From the NCBI GenBank assembly GCA_945871905.1, contig CAMBXL010000002.1, positions 134,936 through 198,935 on the forward strand: 64,000 nt of DNA. The letters are read 5' to 3'. The translations under genes and the position numbers were made by a program. Source of the stretch: Chitinophaga pinensis. GTDB lineage: Bacteria; Bacteroidota; Bacteroidia; NS11-12g; UBA955. The notes beneath the pieces are model-generated. The model saw only the letters and a list, made by a program, of their open reading frames with translations, was not told the DNA's origin and made no database searches. The stretch's first letter is position 1, and each line of letters opens with the position of its first letter. Positions 32,601 to 40,913 of this stretch are shown here, piece after piece.

Positions 32601-33864
32601 TTGCTGAGTAAAGCCAACTATTATAGTTCATGTAAATATTTTCACACACTCCAGGCATGCACGAAAACGTTTCCCATCTAATAAATAAAGTATCTCCGGG
32701 TTTCAAATCGGGAGTTTTAATTCTAAAAAAAGTAATTGGATTAGAACCCAAGCAACTGTATGACCCCAGGTTATATCCATATACCAAACTGTCAATAACA
32801 GGCAGAGTCCATGAACCTTTGTGTCCTACTTTTATTTTTAAAGTAGTGGTATCCAAACGACTCATCAACGTGTAATATTGATTGATACTTACTCTGTTTG
32901 CTGAGGCCACCATTGAGCCTATGTTTGTAATTCTCAACTCAGAACTGTGTCTATTGTTGTTGTAACAAGTAGGATATGAAGGAAAGGGAATTGCTTTTAA
33001 ATTGGGGATTTTATTACTTATACTCGCTGAATTAGAGGCTTTTGATATTAAACATGTTTTACCGTTACAACCCCAAGATAGTTCGTAACTTGTAGTTAGG
33101 TTTTTACACCCTTTAATAAGCAATGAATCTATTAATTCGATTGTTTCATTTTGGTCGAGCAAAGAATCATTGTTACCTATTTTAACAAAATGAGAACCAT
33201 TAAATGTGGTGTAAACGGTATCACCTGAAAAATTATTAACGCCATTATTGACCTTATAAATTTGAACATCTTTGCCATTTATTCTTTTTAACTTAAGTTC
33301 CTTTAAGGGACCTTTTCCGAAATTCCCGATAGTGATTTTTCTTCCAAACTTAGAATTAATATCTCCCACAAAGTTTGGATTTGTAATACTAGAATATTGT
33401 GCTGATGGCACATTAACAGCGAAAGGGTTTGAGGAACCGATGTCAAAATTTCCGGTGTAGTTAACCCTTACATTGACGACAGGCACATTGCTTGAGTTTA
33501 AAAATTGCAATAAATCGCAGTTTGAAGTAAGAGTAACTCTTAATTTAATATTTTGCGCAACCCCAATATTGGGCGCAGTGAAAACGGGTTGATTAAGATT
33601 TGTAATATTACTTTCCGAAATTCCAGACCCTACAACAGTTCCAGCTCTGTAAAGCACCCCCGGAGGAAGGTTTAAAACCACATTGACAGAGTTCACAGCA
33701 CTGCCTGTAATGTTAAAAATTTGAACATTAGCGGTATCATTTATTCCGCAAATTGATAGTTTCTTAGGAGGTGAACATTGTATAGAAAGCCTATTGCCCT
33801 GAGCATGTATCAATATTGGAATTAGAAAGATAATAAAACAGAATAACTGGTATATTTTTTTCAA
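26617..33864 (-). CDS. Giant (2415 aa) secreted protein with Ig-like and PKD repeats and a T9SS type B (gliding-motility-associated) C-terminal domain
   Basis: Signal peptide; PKD motifs (WITGDG, WRFGN, WQMDDGT); CTD APTAFSPNDDAINE...IFNRWGQLIY...GWDG...G.Y...LR. Confidence 0.9.
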   Translation of the reverse strand: MKKIYQLFCFIIFLIPILIHAQGNRLSIQCSPPKKLSICGINDTANVQIFNITGSAVNSVNVVLNLPPGVLYRAGTVVGSGISESNITNLNQPVFTAPNIGVAQNIKLRVTLTSNCDLLQFLNSSNVPVVNVRVNYTGNFDIGSSNPFAVNVPSAQYSSITNPNFVGDINSKFGRKITIGNFGKGPLKELKLKRINGKDVQIYKVNNGVNNFSGDTVYTTFNGSHFVKIGNNDSLLDQNETIELIDSLLIKGCKNLTTSYELSWGCNGKTCLISKASNSASISNKIPNLKAIPFPSYPTCYNNNRHSSELRITNIGSMVASANRVSINQYYTLMSRLDTTTLKIKVGHKGSWTLPVIDSLVYGYNLGSYSCLGSNPITFFRIKTPDLKPGDTLFIRWETFSCMPGVCENIYMNYNSWLYSATYQDQCKNNLQLAAAWGRWYDQHYFASSTFAPSDLINNQVGEFRTLISSASVLRSTSSAVFIVDLILPSGLSHSRQKKDLYFINAELTAQWNPDSIVKKGDTIRSYFPNNIPISLVNAELVYYLKADCSQTGANGNKTIQLQMKYSPDKSCTKREWFYLICQSTQLKLHCYSNCNGGMMFKNFSVQRINFGKPDNNNDGLPDNSGNLDTLKIREERTLFGDTVMATYTGIVKRTSTIATWRHLFAESNIGYGRFLTFLNAEITVYRGGNSRMNCFRNTSVKAISGVNASFKVDLSMDSLGSCLPQNFRYVNNDSVVVKIKFKVTENLGGNAIIQNFSNLFYLSNVANPTSNSNKFQCDTFSGKTILTGYYYTNYGRDNINVNNCNLIGVSNNYYIGIGPCCSNYGGNNYFPYEYRSFSRLKAIRFYTPPGYKYRRSYLNQYRTAGSNKTAVEIKDTIRPINAQSYPLVFDVTKHFKDSGGVFNYSDDAFHGVYAAYLEPTCEIPSTAPQVIKYDFIFEKLNSFGVGFDTIKSAAQDDYIQYNRPVVSIKPLSPTIYAAQDTAEWEVNYTNLSTSFSNLNTWFAPDNSGPVKIIQIKDAVRDTLMPVKNGVFRLGTIGFNNTRRFKIRATYNTCNKDSVILYSGWNCGGYPTDIANFNCQKDRIPLYIEPQNTQFQVGITDSITTADLCGQTPYQYTLENIGSTTAYNTKAIVTLPIGMNIVSRSCYIKYPHKSFKQAISNPTLVSGTTYEWPLSSINNLLSQGFKGVSDTNRNKIIIYFKVQTDCDYSSGNYIRASAKGNIKCGEPIITYPGISNSLNIKGVSRPYFTLVKVLTDSILPCQKSTKVRVRIINLGPDKTGIEDKYQAILIKGMVYDSSLYQSIYNAPNPSLTKFRNINSATEVEMSLKSGIVPGDSMEFNFGFMSNSKDLSCGSQDLYSQAAVKQEVKCVADNSLCNINVITGNNLSKPNVYKGSLMLQSLKSKIQSVNSDSEFLNLQFNIRNVGNNISNANSVVFKYIYDQNNSGTVDPFDFVVYTDTLKSALNRNQSALINQSVRVAAGQSCNLFVVVDSSSCSCNFTFAKFPVPILRNAGPDIQLCSKLNTTIGIDSTKGFKYFWSPNLYLSNETKSKTKFNALNEDTGSLKISYVLTTNRGTCSSKDTMVAVVYSLPKVTMNQRDTSICQNNKVRLSAKAFQGNGALSLLWTPNIGLNNYANNQVIAFNDTSRTYKITVTDNKSCKVSDTVRLTVKSLPVAAFTYVQKCQGEPILLIDSSTISNDVINYNRWTSAPSDTINAAQWLLDLNNQTSASVKLLVSSPFGCKDTLVKTISAFPKPISRFSLSNVCFTDSVSANNLSQIASGTINTIQWITGDGNVLNKPSYRYYYNTADTFVIGLAINSNFNCKDTSYRNVIVHPRPTADFSMNNVCIGDSTQLLQLSQINNDSIVSYRWSINNEWIQTNELKYLFPKDTQFTVKLVVKSTQNCMDSIQKTAWVYPLPVADFKANPVCELINSKIVNLSTITKDSILTYSYLLPDASTYSTRSFTHLFSVGDTFDIQLIVNSVRGCKDTILKPHIVYPKIVPNFTLLDHCYLDSLRIQDNSTYVNTNIAKWQWYFGGDSAKVQNPRYQYKQWILNTPVLLKVTSAENCAYQVQKNVNVYPLPQVDFSDTNRCVDNQFNFTNRSNIDWGNITGYTWRFGNYMIDTNTSPYHRFPAAGDFSVKLTAISNQNCIDSVIKTITSYPPVVVNFESQNVCIENPILFKDSSLTPYAKIIEYKWQMDDGTNYSIKQPIHLYNSAGKYNVKYQIKTDYNCLYDTTKQVEVYPKPSALFSLDKGVGTILDPEISITDLSNGADTLWYDLGDGSKSSLRNLMHLYPDSGLYYIKQYVRTQFNCNDSFVQKLRIKYLFVFNAPTAFSPNDDAINEVYEPVGMGIKNYEMSIFNRWGQLIYQTTEGKGWDGKFQGDFVQDGYYLAVFKVKDFRGINHYLKSSFILLR

Positions 33865-33981
33865 TTCAAATCAATATTTTACTTGTTAGCGACTCTTAAT
33901 TTTTTGTTTTAAGAAGTTCAAAGTTAAAAAATAAACTGAATCAAACAAGAAAAAAATGAAATATAATGCGTTTCAAACACA

Positions 33982-34404
33982 TTAATCTTTCATTCTGAGC
34001 TCAATATCTTTTCCATCGACTCTTTGAATCACCCAACATTCTGAATTTTTCAGTCTAAGAATTTTCCATTCATTTTGTTGAGAGGTCCCTTTGGGAGTAA
34101 AGATAATTTTAGCTTTTTCATCAGAAAATTTCCAAGCACCATTTTCTTGGTAGTTTGTTAGATTAAATGGCCTGTAAGTAAGCGAGTATGAATTATCTTT
34201 TCCTATTACAACTTTATAATCCACATAGGCTCTTTTGTAATCGTCTGTTTTATCAATTCCACTTTCAAAAACCTGGTCGATGACCCAAGTATTTGCGGCT
34301 CTAGATTTTTTGGAAATCAAACTAAAAGAGGGTCCATCTTCATACTGACAAGCATTGAATAAAAATAGACTTAAACTTAAGAAAATTAACGATATAAATT
34401 TCAT
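33982..34404 (-). CDS. Lipocalin-like lipoprotein
   Basis: Lipobox FNAC; NTW and GAWKFS beta-barrel motifs. Confidence 0.75.
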   Translation of the reverse strand: MKFISLIFLSLSLFLFNACQYEDGPSFSLISKKSRAANTWVIDQVFESGIDKTDDYKRAYVDYKVVIGKDNSYSLTYRPFNLTNYQENGAWKFSDEKAKIIFTPKGTSQQNEWKILRLKNSECWVIQRVDGKDIELRMKD

Positions 34405-34470
34405 ATTTTAAAAACAAAGATATTCAAAAAAATTAAAAAACCAATACTTTTGTACCAAATTACACGAAAT

Positions 34471-34974
34471 ATGAATATCAATTTTTTAGCCATTTTTGTG
34501 GCAAGTTTAGTTACATTCCCTATTGGATTTACATGGTATCATCCTAAAGTGATGGGCAGCGCATGGATGAGAGAAATAGGTGCTACACAAGAGAGTATGT
34601 CTAAGGATTTCAACATGACTAAAACCATGATTTTGTCATTTTTATGTTCCTTTTTCATTGCTTTTGTAATCAACTTTATGGTTGTTCACCAATACAGTTT
34701 ATTTTCACTGTTACAAGACATTCCTGAAGCAATGAAACCTGATGCAAAAATTCAATTACTTTTAAATGGCAATGATATAGCTTATGGTTCTAAGTATAGA
34801 ACCTTTGGTCATGGTCTATTTCATGGCTTATTGGCAGGTTTATTTTTTGCAACGCCTGTTGTTGTCCAAAATGCTTTGTATGAAAGAAGAAGGTTTAAAT
34901 ATATAGCAATCCATGCAGGCTATTGGATAATATCAAGCGCATTGATTGGAGGCATTATTTGTGTTTGGGAGTAA
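34471..34974 (+). CDS. DUF1761-family membrane protein
   Basis: INFLAIFVA...GFTWYHPKVMGSAW, TFGHGLFHG, NALYERR, IHAGYW; ATG 34471 preferred over the track's TTG. Confidence 0.85.
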   Translation: MNINFLAIFVASLVTFPIGFTWYHPKVMGSAWMREIGATQESMSKDFNMTKTMILSFLCSFFIAFVINFMVVHQYSLFSLLQDIPEAMKPDAKIQLLLNGNDIAYGSKYRTFGHGLFHGLLAGLFFATPVVVQNALYERRRFKYIAIHAGYWIISSALIGGIICVWE

Positions 34975-34975
34975 A

Positions 34976-35485
34976 TTAATCAATCAAAAACGCTTTCAAT
35001 TCAGCTGCGTCTTCTTTTTTCATTTTACCAGCCATAATCAGTCTCACTTGCCTTCTTCTTAAAGCCCCATCGTACTTAATTTTTTGAGCTTCAGTTTGTG
35101 GTTCTAACGCTGGGACTACAATGGGTTTATTCCTTGAATCTAAAGCAACAAAAGTGTAGTATGCATCATTACATTTGTATTTTTCACCTCTTGGTATATT
35201 TTGAGCATACACTTCGATAAACACCTCCATTGAGGAATTAAAAGAACGCGTTACATAAGCTTCTAAGGTTACTACATCTCCTAATCTGATAGGCTCTTTG
35301 AACGACACGCCATCAACACTAGCTGTCACTACAATACTGTTACTGTGTTTTTGTGCTGCAATGGCTGCCGCAATATCCATCCAATGCAACAATCTACCAC
35401 CCATTAGGTTATTTAGCGTATTGGTATCGTTTGGCAAAACGATTTCATTCATTATAGTGAACGAATCTTCTGGTTTTTTTATCAT
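34976..35485 (-). CDS. Acyl-CoA thioesterase (YciA-like hotdog fold)
   Basis: VLPNDTNTLNNLMGGRLLHWMD, VTASVD, TFVALD. Confidence 0.92.
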   Translation of the reverse strand: MIKKPEDSFTIMNEIVLPNDTNTLNNLMGGRLLHWMDIAAAIAAQKHSNSIVVTASVDGVSFKEPIRLGDVVTLEAYVTRSFNSSMEVFIEVYAQNIPRGEKYKCNDAYYTFVALDSRNKPIVVPALEPQTEAQKIKYDGALRRRQVRLIMAGKMKKEDAAELKAFLID

Positions 35486-35507
35486 TTTTGTATTTTTTTA
35501 ATTGTTT

Positions 35508-36227
35508 TTATTCCCAAAGCCATTTTTCCTTTGTAATTGGCTTTAAGCCAAATGGTTCTATAGTATTAGTTACAATAAATTCTACTGCCTCATCCACGTC
35601 ATCTGTCAATAAAAACAGATGTTTGTCTTCTTTACTTATGGTTCCTTCTTCAATCATAGTGTCCATGTATGCTATCAAATTTTTGTGATATTCTTTCCCA
35701 AAAATAACCACAGGATACTTTTTAATCATGGTAGTTTGGATTAAAGTAAGCACTTCAAATAGCTCATCTAAAGTTCCAAAACCTCCAGGAACTGCTACAA
35801 GTCCATAAGAATACTTGAGTAACAATACTTTTCTAACAAAGAAATATTTAATATTGGTAAATCTATCTAAATAAGGGTTTGGGCTTTGTTCAAATGGCAA
35901 TACAATATTGCAACCAACCGATCTTCCTCCTACATCTTTAGCACCTCTATTAGCGGCCTCCATTGCGCCAGGCCCACCACCTGTCATAATCGTAAATCCA
36001 GTCCTAGCTATTTTTCCTGCCAATTCTCTTGTTTGTACATAATAAGGATGGTCTTCTTTAAATCGAGCTGAACCGAATATGGTAATACAAGGCCCGACAA
36101 AGTGCAAAACCCTGAAACCTTTTACAAACTCCCAAACAACTTTAATGGTAAATAAAAAATCTTTTAATCTTGACTGAGGTCCTGCTAAGAATTTTATTTC
36201 TTCGGAATTGAATTTATGGTTACTCAT
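35508..36227 (-). CDS. LOG-family Rossmann-fold protein (TIGR00730)
   Basis: IFGSAR, TGGGPGAMEAANRGA, FFVRK, PGGFGTLDE. Confidence 0.93.
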   Translation of the reverse strand: MSNHKFNSEEIKFLAGPQSRLKDFLFTIKVVWEFVKGFRVLHFVGPCITIFGSARFKEDHPYYVQTRELAGKIARTGFTIMTGGGPGAMEAANRGAKDVGGRSVGCNIVLPFEQSPNPYLDRFTNIKYFFVRKVLLLKYSYGLVAVPGGFGTLDELFEVLTLIQTTMIKKYPVVIFGKEYHKNLIAYMDTMIEEGTISKEDKHLFLLTDDVDEAVEFIVTNTIEPFGLKPITKEKWLWE

Positions 36228-36236
36228 GTTTTATTA

Positions 36237-36360
36237 ATTGTTTAGTTGTTTATTTGTTTAGTTGTTTAAGTGGTTTAAATGGTTGAGGAAGTTTAAATTG
36301 TTTAGTTGTTTACGGGTATATCACTCTAAGAGTTCCCTTAGCGGAGTCGAAGGTAAGGGA
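36237..36360. repeat. Degenerate 8/9-bp tandem repeat followed by a REP-like element
   Basis: attgttta gttgttta tttgttta gttgttta ... to 36312; TTCCCTTAGCGGAGTCGAAGG at 36333-36353. Confidence 0.7.
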
Positions 36361-36388
36361 AGTGCTTTCGGTGGGGATTAATGATAAA

Positions 36389-38734
36389 TTACTCGTTTGT
36401 TTCATCTGTTTCGAGGACGGATTCACTAAGTTCGTCTTTTGGATTTAAGCCTTTTTCAAAACTTAGAATTAAGGCAGGCAATACAAATAAATTACTGAAT
36501 AAAGCAACTAATAGAGTGGATGCCGTTAAAAAACCTAATGCAACTGTTCCTTGGAAATTGGAAAAAGTAAAAATGATAAATCCGAAGAACAATACAACAG
36601 AGGTATAAATCATGCTTTGACCCATTTCCTTAACTGTTTTAGACAACACTGAACTAACAGAACCTTTACTTCTCTTAAGTTCGTGCCTAAATTTGGTTAA
36701 AAAGTGAATGGTATCATCTACGGCTATACCAAATGCAATACTGTAAACCAAAATAGTGGATGGTTTTAGTGGAACACCAAAATGCCCCATTAGTCCGCAA
36801 GTAATTACAAGTGGAATAATATTAGGCACCAATGAAACGAAAATCATTTTGAATGAGGTGAACAATAAACCCATCAATAAAGCGATAATAATGAAGGCTA
36901 ATATGACACTTTGAACCAAACTATTTACTAAGTATTTATTCCCTTTTAAGAAAATAATAGACGTCCCCGTTACTTTTACATCATAATCTTCTTCAGGAAA
37001 AATTTCTTTAATTATTTCATTGACATCTTTGTTGATTTCTTCCATTTTTTCTGAACCCACATCACGCATTTGAATACTAATTCTTGCTTTTCTAAAATCT
37101 TTGTCTACCATTGATTTTAGCATATTTTGATTCGATTGATTTTGTGGAATATAAGAAGCAATTTCAGCTAAATCTATGTTGTTAGGCATACGGTAATAGT
37201 TAGGATCACCATCATTGTAGGATTGGTTGGCAAACTTTAAAACTTCAACCACAGAAACAGCTCTTGAAAAATCAGCTTGGTTTTCAAGTTTCTTTTGTAG
37301 TTTATATATTTTCTGTAAAGTAACAGGATTTTTCAGACCATCGGGCTCACGGGTATCAATCACAATTTCGTAGGGCATTACACCTTTAAAATGGTCTTGA
37401 ATAAAAATTAAATCTTGATATAATTTATCTTTGTGAGGGATATCATCAAGCATAAATACCAAAGGTTTTAACTTTAAGAATCCAAAAAATGAAATCACAA
37501 TTAACAAAACTGTAAAATAATAGATTCTTCTTTTTCTATTAAAAACAATATAATGAATCCAATTTATAAATCTTAACACATATTTATTCTCCAAGTGCTT
37601 GGTTTGCTTAGAAGTAGGTGGCTTAAGAATACTGAATAAAATAGGAATAATAGTGAGTGAAATTACAAAAATGGACATTACACTCAAGAACGCAGCAACA
37701 CCAAATTGCTTAAGAGGTAAAGTGTCAGTGAAATAAAACACACCAAAACCAATTGCAGTGGTTAAATTGGTTAAAATAGTAGCCACACCTACTCTCGAAA
37801 TAACCCTTTGTAAAGCTTTAATTTTATTTTGATGCAAACGGTATTCCTCATGGTATTTATTAATGAGATAGATGCTGTTAGGAATCCCTATTACTATCAT
37901 AATTGCAGGCAACAGACCTGTCAACAATGTTATTTTATAGTCGAGCAAACTGATCCAACCCATGCTCCAAATTACTGCCAAAGACACAATAAAAAGTGCA
38001 ACTAGCAAGTTAGAAATACTCCTAAAAAATGCCAAAAAAAGCAAAGCTGTAACAGATAGGGCTAAAAAGGTAAAAAAGCCCAATTCGTCTTTTACTTTTG
38101 TGGAAAGCGTATGCCTAACATAAGGCAGACCACTGTAATGTAACTCAATATTGTTGTTTATGGAAAATTGATTCGCATGGTAAACGATTGAATCTATAAT
38201 TTGTGTTCGGTATTTACTGTCCAATAAATCCTTGTCTAAGCTTACAACGATGATACTTGCATTTGAATCTTGGTTAAAAATCAAATCTTTGTAAAATTTC
38301 ATAGACATCATGATTTCCTTAACACTGTCTATTTCGTGCTGCTTAAGAGGACCCGTAATTAAAGGTGTTAAAACAAAGCGTTTGATAGAATCAACCTTGG
38401 TCAGTTGATATAAGTTTGACAAAGAAAGCACGTCGTAAACCCCTTTAATTTTATCAATTTCAGAAGTTAAGTGATACAAGTCATTAAAAACCTTTTCTTT
38501 AAAAATATCAGGTGACTTTAAACCGATTATCAGCTTGTTTCCATCGTCACCAAACTCCTTTTTAAAATTCTCGTAATCAACAAGTTCAACGTCATTTTTT
38601 GGCACTAACTTTTGCATGTTATAAGCCAATTCAACTTGCGTTGCCTTGTAAGCCATAAATCCTGTCGTAAGGACAATAAATCCAAGAATAAAATATTTAT
38701 TTCTTAGTATAAAATTAGCAATTTTTTCCCACAT
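36389..38734 (-). CDS. MMPL/RND-family transporter
   Basis: Two MMPL repeats; TNLTTAIGF, FGIAVDDTIHFL. ATG 38734 follows a TAATTTTG box. Confidence 0.9.
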   Translation of the reverse strand: MWEKIANFILRNKYFILGFIVLTTGFMAYKATQVELAYNMQKLVPKNDVELVDYENFKKEFGDDGNKLIIGLKSPDIFKEKVFNDLYHLTSEIDKIKGVYDVLSLSNLYQLTKVDSIKRFVLTPLITGPLKQHEIDSVKEIMMSMKFYKDLIFNQDSNASIIVVSLDKDLLDSKYRTQIIDSIVYHANQFSINNNIELHYSGLPYVRHTLSTKVKDELGFFTFLALSVTALLFLAFFRSISNLLVALFIVSLAVIWSMGWISLLDYKITLLTGLLPAIMIVIGIPNSIYLINKYHEEYRLHQNKIKALQRVISRVGVATILTNLTTAIGFGVFYFTDTLPLKQFGVAAFLSVMSIFVISLTIIPILFSILKPPTSKQTKHLENKYVLRFINWIHYIVFNRKRRIYYFTVLLIVISFFGFLKLKPLVFMLDDIPHKDKLYQDLIFIQDHFKGVMPYEIVIDTREPDGLKNPVTLQKIYKLQKKLENQADFSRAVSVVEVLKFANQSYNDGDPNYYRMPNNIDLAEIASYIPQNQSNQNMLKSMVDKDFRKARISIQMRDVGSEKMEEINKDVNEIIKEIFPEEDYDVKVTGTSIIFLKGNKYLVNSLVQSVILAFIIIALLMGLLFTSFKMIFVSLVPNIIPLVITCGLMGHFGVPLKPSTILVYSIAFGIAVDDTIHFLTKFRHELKRSKGSVSSVLSKTVKEMGQSMIYTSVVLFFGFIIFTFSNFQGTVALGFLTASTLLVALFSNLFVLPALILSFEKGLNPKDELSESVLETDETNE

Positions 38735-38921
38735 TATAGTTTGCAAAATTAAGTTAAATTTTTAATAAGTACATTACAAATCAGAGTAGTGTCTTTATTA
38801 TAACAATCTATCAAATCAAATTAGGCTATTTACAATATTGACATCACTTTGTATCTAATCCATTAAAAATCTGTTTAAAACTTGATTTTGAAACCTAACT
38901 AAGAGCTATTATTTTCGTGAC

Positions 38922-39581
38922 ATGAAATTTTTTATCGATACAGCTAATTTAAATCAAATCAGAGAAGCAAAAGACCTAGGTATTCTTGATGGTGTAACAA
39001 CCAATCCTTCATTAATGGCCAAAGAGGGGATTGTTGGTGAAGACAATGTTTTTAAACATTACAAAGACATTTGCAATATTGTAGAAAAAGGAGATGTAAG
39101 TGCTGAGGTTATTTCTACAGACTTTGAAGGAATGATAAATGAAGGTAAAAAATTAGCTGCAATTGATTCTAATATTGTTGTAAAAGTACCCATGATTAAA
39201 GACGGTATTAAAGCTATTAGTTGGTTTACTGCTAATGGTATTCGCACTAATTGCACTTTGGTATTTTCTGCAGGTCAGGCAATTTTAGCTGCAAAAGCTG
39301 GCGCAACCTATTTATCTCCATTTATAGGAAGAGTGGATGACATCAGTTGGGATGGTATGGATTTAATTTCTCAAATATCTCATATTTACTCAATGCAGAA
39401 TTACAAAACTCAAATCTTGGCTGCTTCTGTAAGAAATCCATTACACATTGTTAAATCTGCAGAGGCAGGTGCTCATGTAGTAACTTGTCCTTTGGATGCT
39501 ATTTTGGGATTATTAAACCACCCACTAACAGACATTGGTTTGGCGAAATTTTTGGCTGACCACAAAAAAGCGAATCAGTAA
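38922..39581 (+). CDS. fsa: Transaldolase / fructose-6-phosphate aldolase (short type)
   Basis: FFIDTAN, GVTTNPSL, VVKVP, NCTLVFS, SPFIGR, LAASVR. Confidence 0.94.
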   Translation: MKFFIDTANLNQIREAKDLGILDGVTTNPSLMAKEGIVGEDNVFKHYKDICNIVEKGDVSAEVISTDFEGMINEGKKLAAIDSNIVVKVPMIKDGIKAISWFTANGIRTNCTLVFSAGQAILAAKAGATYLSPFIGRVDDISWDGMDLISQISHIYSMQNYKTQILAASVRNPLHIVKSAEAGAHVVTCPLDAILGLLNHPLTDIGLAKFLADHKKANQ

Positions 39582-39611
39582 CTACCTCGTTTTAAAATAA
39601 ATTAAAGTAAT

Positions 39612-40406
39612 ATGAATACAAACTCGCTTAGAAAAGCAATTTTTCATATTATTGACGACCACAAAAGCAAACGTCCTCTTAACAGGTTGTTTCATTTTAT
39701 TTTGTTTAGCTTAATTGTTTTAAGCTCTTTTAATTTATTGCTCGAAACTTTCGATATTATTCAAAAAGACTATACGCATGTCTTATTGTTTTTAGAATTA
39801 GTAACTATCATTTTCTTTACGTTGGAATATGTCTTAAGGCTATATACCTGTATTGAAATAACAACCTATTCACATCCATTAAAGGGGCGACTAAAATATG
39901 CAATTACCCCTTTAATGTTGATTGATATTTTGGCATTATTGCCAATGTATTACTTCTTTCTATCGTCCTATAACAGCTACTTTTATGTATTTGGCATTTT
40001 TAGGGTACTTCGATTGTTCAAAGCCATTCGCTATTTGGACGCCTTTAAGGTAATAGGGCAAGTTTTTTATTTAAAAAGAGAACAATTGCTTATCAGTTTT
40101 ACCATGATTTTTTTCATGTTTATTTTTTACTCATGTTTAATTTTTATTGCAGAAAACAAGGCACAACCTGAGGTTTTTAAAAATATAACTTCGGCCATGT
40201 GGTTCACTATTTCGAGTATTACAACAGTAGGTTATGGCGATGTAATTCCTTTAACCCCGCTTGGTAAAATTATTAGTGGTATTATCGGAATAAGCGGTTG
40301 GTTATTATTTGCTATCCCTACTTCCATATTAACATCAGGGTTTTTGAAGGTAACTATTCAGAAAGACAAGTTAAAATGCCCCAATTGTGGTCATATCCAC
40401 GATTAA
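39612..40406 (+). CDS. Voltage-gated potassium channel-like ion transporter
   Basis: S4-like FRVLRLFKAIRY; selectivity filter TTVGYGD; C-terminal CPNCG. Confidence 0.9.
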   Translation: MNTNSLRKAIFHIIDDHKSKRPLNRLFHFILFSLIVLSSFNLLLETFDIIQKDYTHVLLFLELVTIIFFTLEYVLRLYTCIEITTYSHPLKGRLKYAITPLMLIDILALLPMYYFFLSSYNSYFYVFGIFRVLRLFKAIRYLDAFKVIGQVFYLKREQLLISFTMIFFMFIFYSCLIFIAENKAQPEVFKNITSAMWFTISSITTVGYGDVIPLTPLGKIISGIIGISGWLLFAIPTSILTSGFLKVTIQKDKLKCPNCGHIHD

Positions 40407-40418
40407 TTACTGACCTAA

Positions 40419-40913
40419 TTATCTTATTTTCTTACACTTGTCATTAAGAAGGTTTTTCGTAATCAAATAATTCAATTTAGCTTCAGTATTTTGAATACTA
40501 TCTCGATTACCACAATTACACATTTCCAAAAGAGGATCTTTGTCGACAATCATTTCGAATAATTTTTTTAATGATGGCACTTCCTTTAGTTCACTATACT
40601 GTTGATAGGTTAGACTTATAAAAGCCACATTGGGATTTATACCTCTATTATCCAACAAGTACCCATTCTTTAGTATTGTTGGATTGGAATTATAACCTTC
40701 TTTTTTGACATCAGATGGCGCTGGATAAGAGATAATTTCAGACTTGTCATCAGACAATATCACTGCCACTAAATCATTATAATTGTTTTTGGTTTTGTAC
40801 ACAATTGCACTAGGCCCTGGTATAAATTGCGGTTCAAATGACAAAGTTTTATTCTTTTTAGATTGGCAAGCCCAAAATATGACAGAAATTAAGACTATTG
40901 AAAAAATTCTCAT
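40419..40913 (-). CDS. Hypothetical lipoprotein
   Basis: Lipobox FWAC; start overlaps the C10 peptidase stop (ATGA). Confidence 0.8.
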   Translation of the reverse strand: MRIFSIVLISVIFWACQSKKNKTLSFEPQFIPGPSAIVYKTKNNYNDLVAVILSDDKSEIISYPAPSDVKKEGYNSNPTILKNGYLLDNRGINPNVAFISLTYQQYSELKEVPSLKKLFEMIVDKDPLLEMCNCGNRDSIQNTEAKLNYLITKNLLNDKCKKIR

